From contig OY969763.1 in NCBI GenBank assembly GCA_963702845.1, positions 4,192,001-4,256,000 of the forward strand: DNA of 64,000 bases. Reading direction: 5' to 3'. Source of the stretch: an uncultured Verrucomicrobiae bacterium. Lineage in GTDB: Bacteria > Verrucomicrobiota > Verrucomicrobiia > Limisphaerales > Palsa-1400. Position numbers and translations under genes: made by a program. This document shows positions 63,905 through 64,000 of this stretch, piece by piece; positions within the stretch are counted from its first letter, which is position 1, and every line of letters begins with the position of its first letter. The notes below the pieces were generated by a model that saw only the letters and a list, made by a program, of their open reading frames with translations, was not told where the DNA came from and searched no databases.

Positions 63905-64000
63905 TACAATGGCAACCGCATGTTCACCGATCCATCCTCACCGATCGGTGACGATTTGCTGTATCCGCTGGTTCGCCTCGGTGAGTTCCTGCGCAACCAG

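Overview
A 64-kb bacterial chromosomal segment. Gene content (TIGR02597- and DUF4623-like surface proteins, H-X9-DG-type pseudopilin, LMW-PTP/RpiB/GlyA fusion) points to Verrucomicrobiota, probably Pedosphaera/Limisphaera-like; this is inferred from family recognition, not a database search. It holds about 50 genes: a DUF1778/GNAT toxin-antitoxin pair, housekeeping genes (eda, RluA family, fabG, thiG, rfaE1, panB, recN, rho, bamD, lptE, yebC, ppdK, glyA fusion), two very large secreted Ig-repeat proteins, a flavin-dependent halogenase-like gene, and a duplicated nitrogen locus (PII-amt-hypothetical-mini-glnA / antiporter-kdpD-like-kdpE-like / PII-amtB-glnA). I found no rRNA, tRNA, CRISPR array or transposase. 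Many conserved genes have single-base frameshifts, densest at about 26.3-32.1 kb, which look like long-read consensus errors. The most notable observations are: (1) a 72-aa in-frame mini-GlnA made only of the N- and C-termini of glutamine synthetase, with almost purely synonymous divergence and an identical 3' UTR; (2) an in-frame UGA inside a Cys motif followed by a SECIS-like hairpin (candidate selenoprotein); (3) a dispersed non-coding element family with a consensus sigma70 promoter, hairpin, boxA-like motif and 10-bp-phased arrays, plus a second family of similar style; (4) a KdpDE-like system with KdpE-type direct repeats upstream of ammonium-transporter operons.
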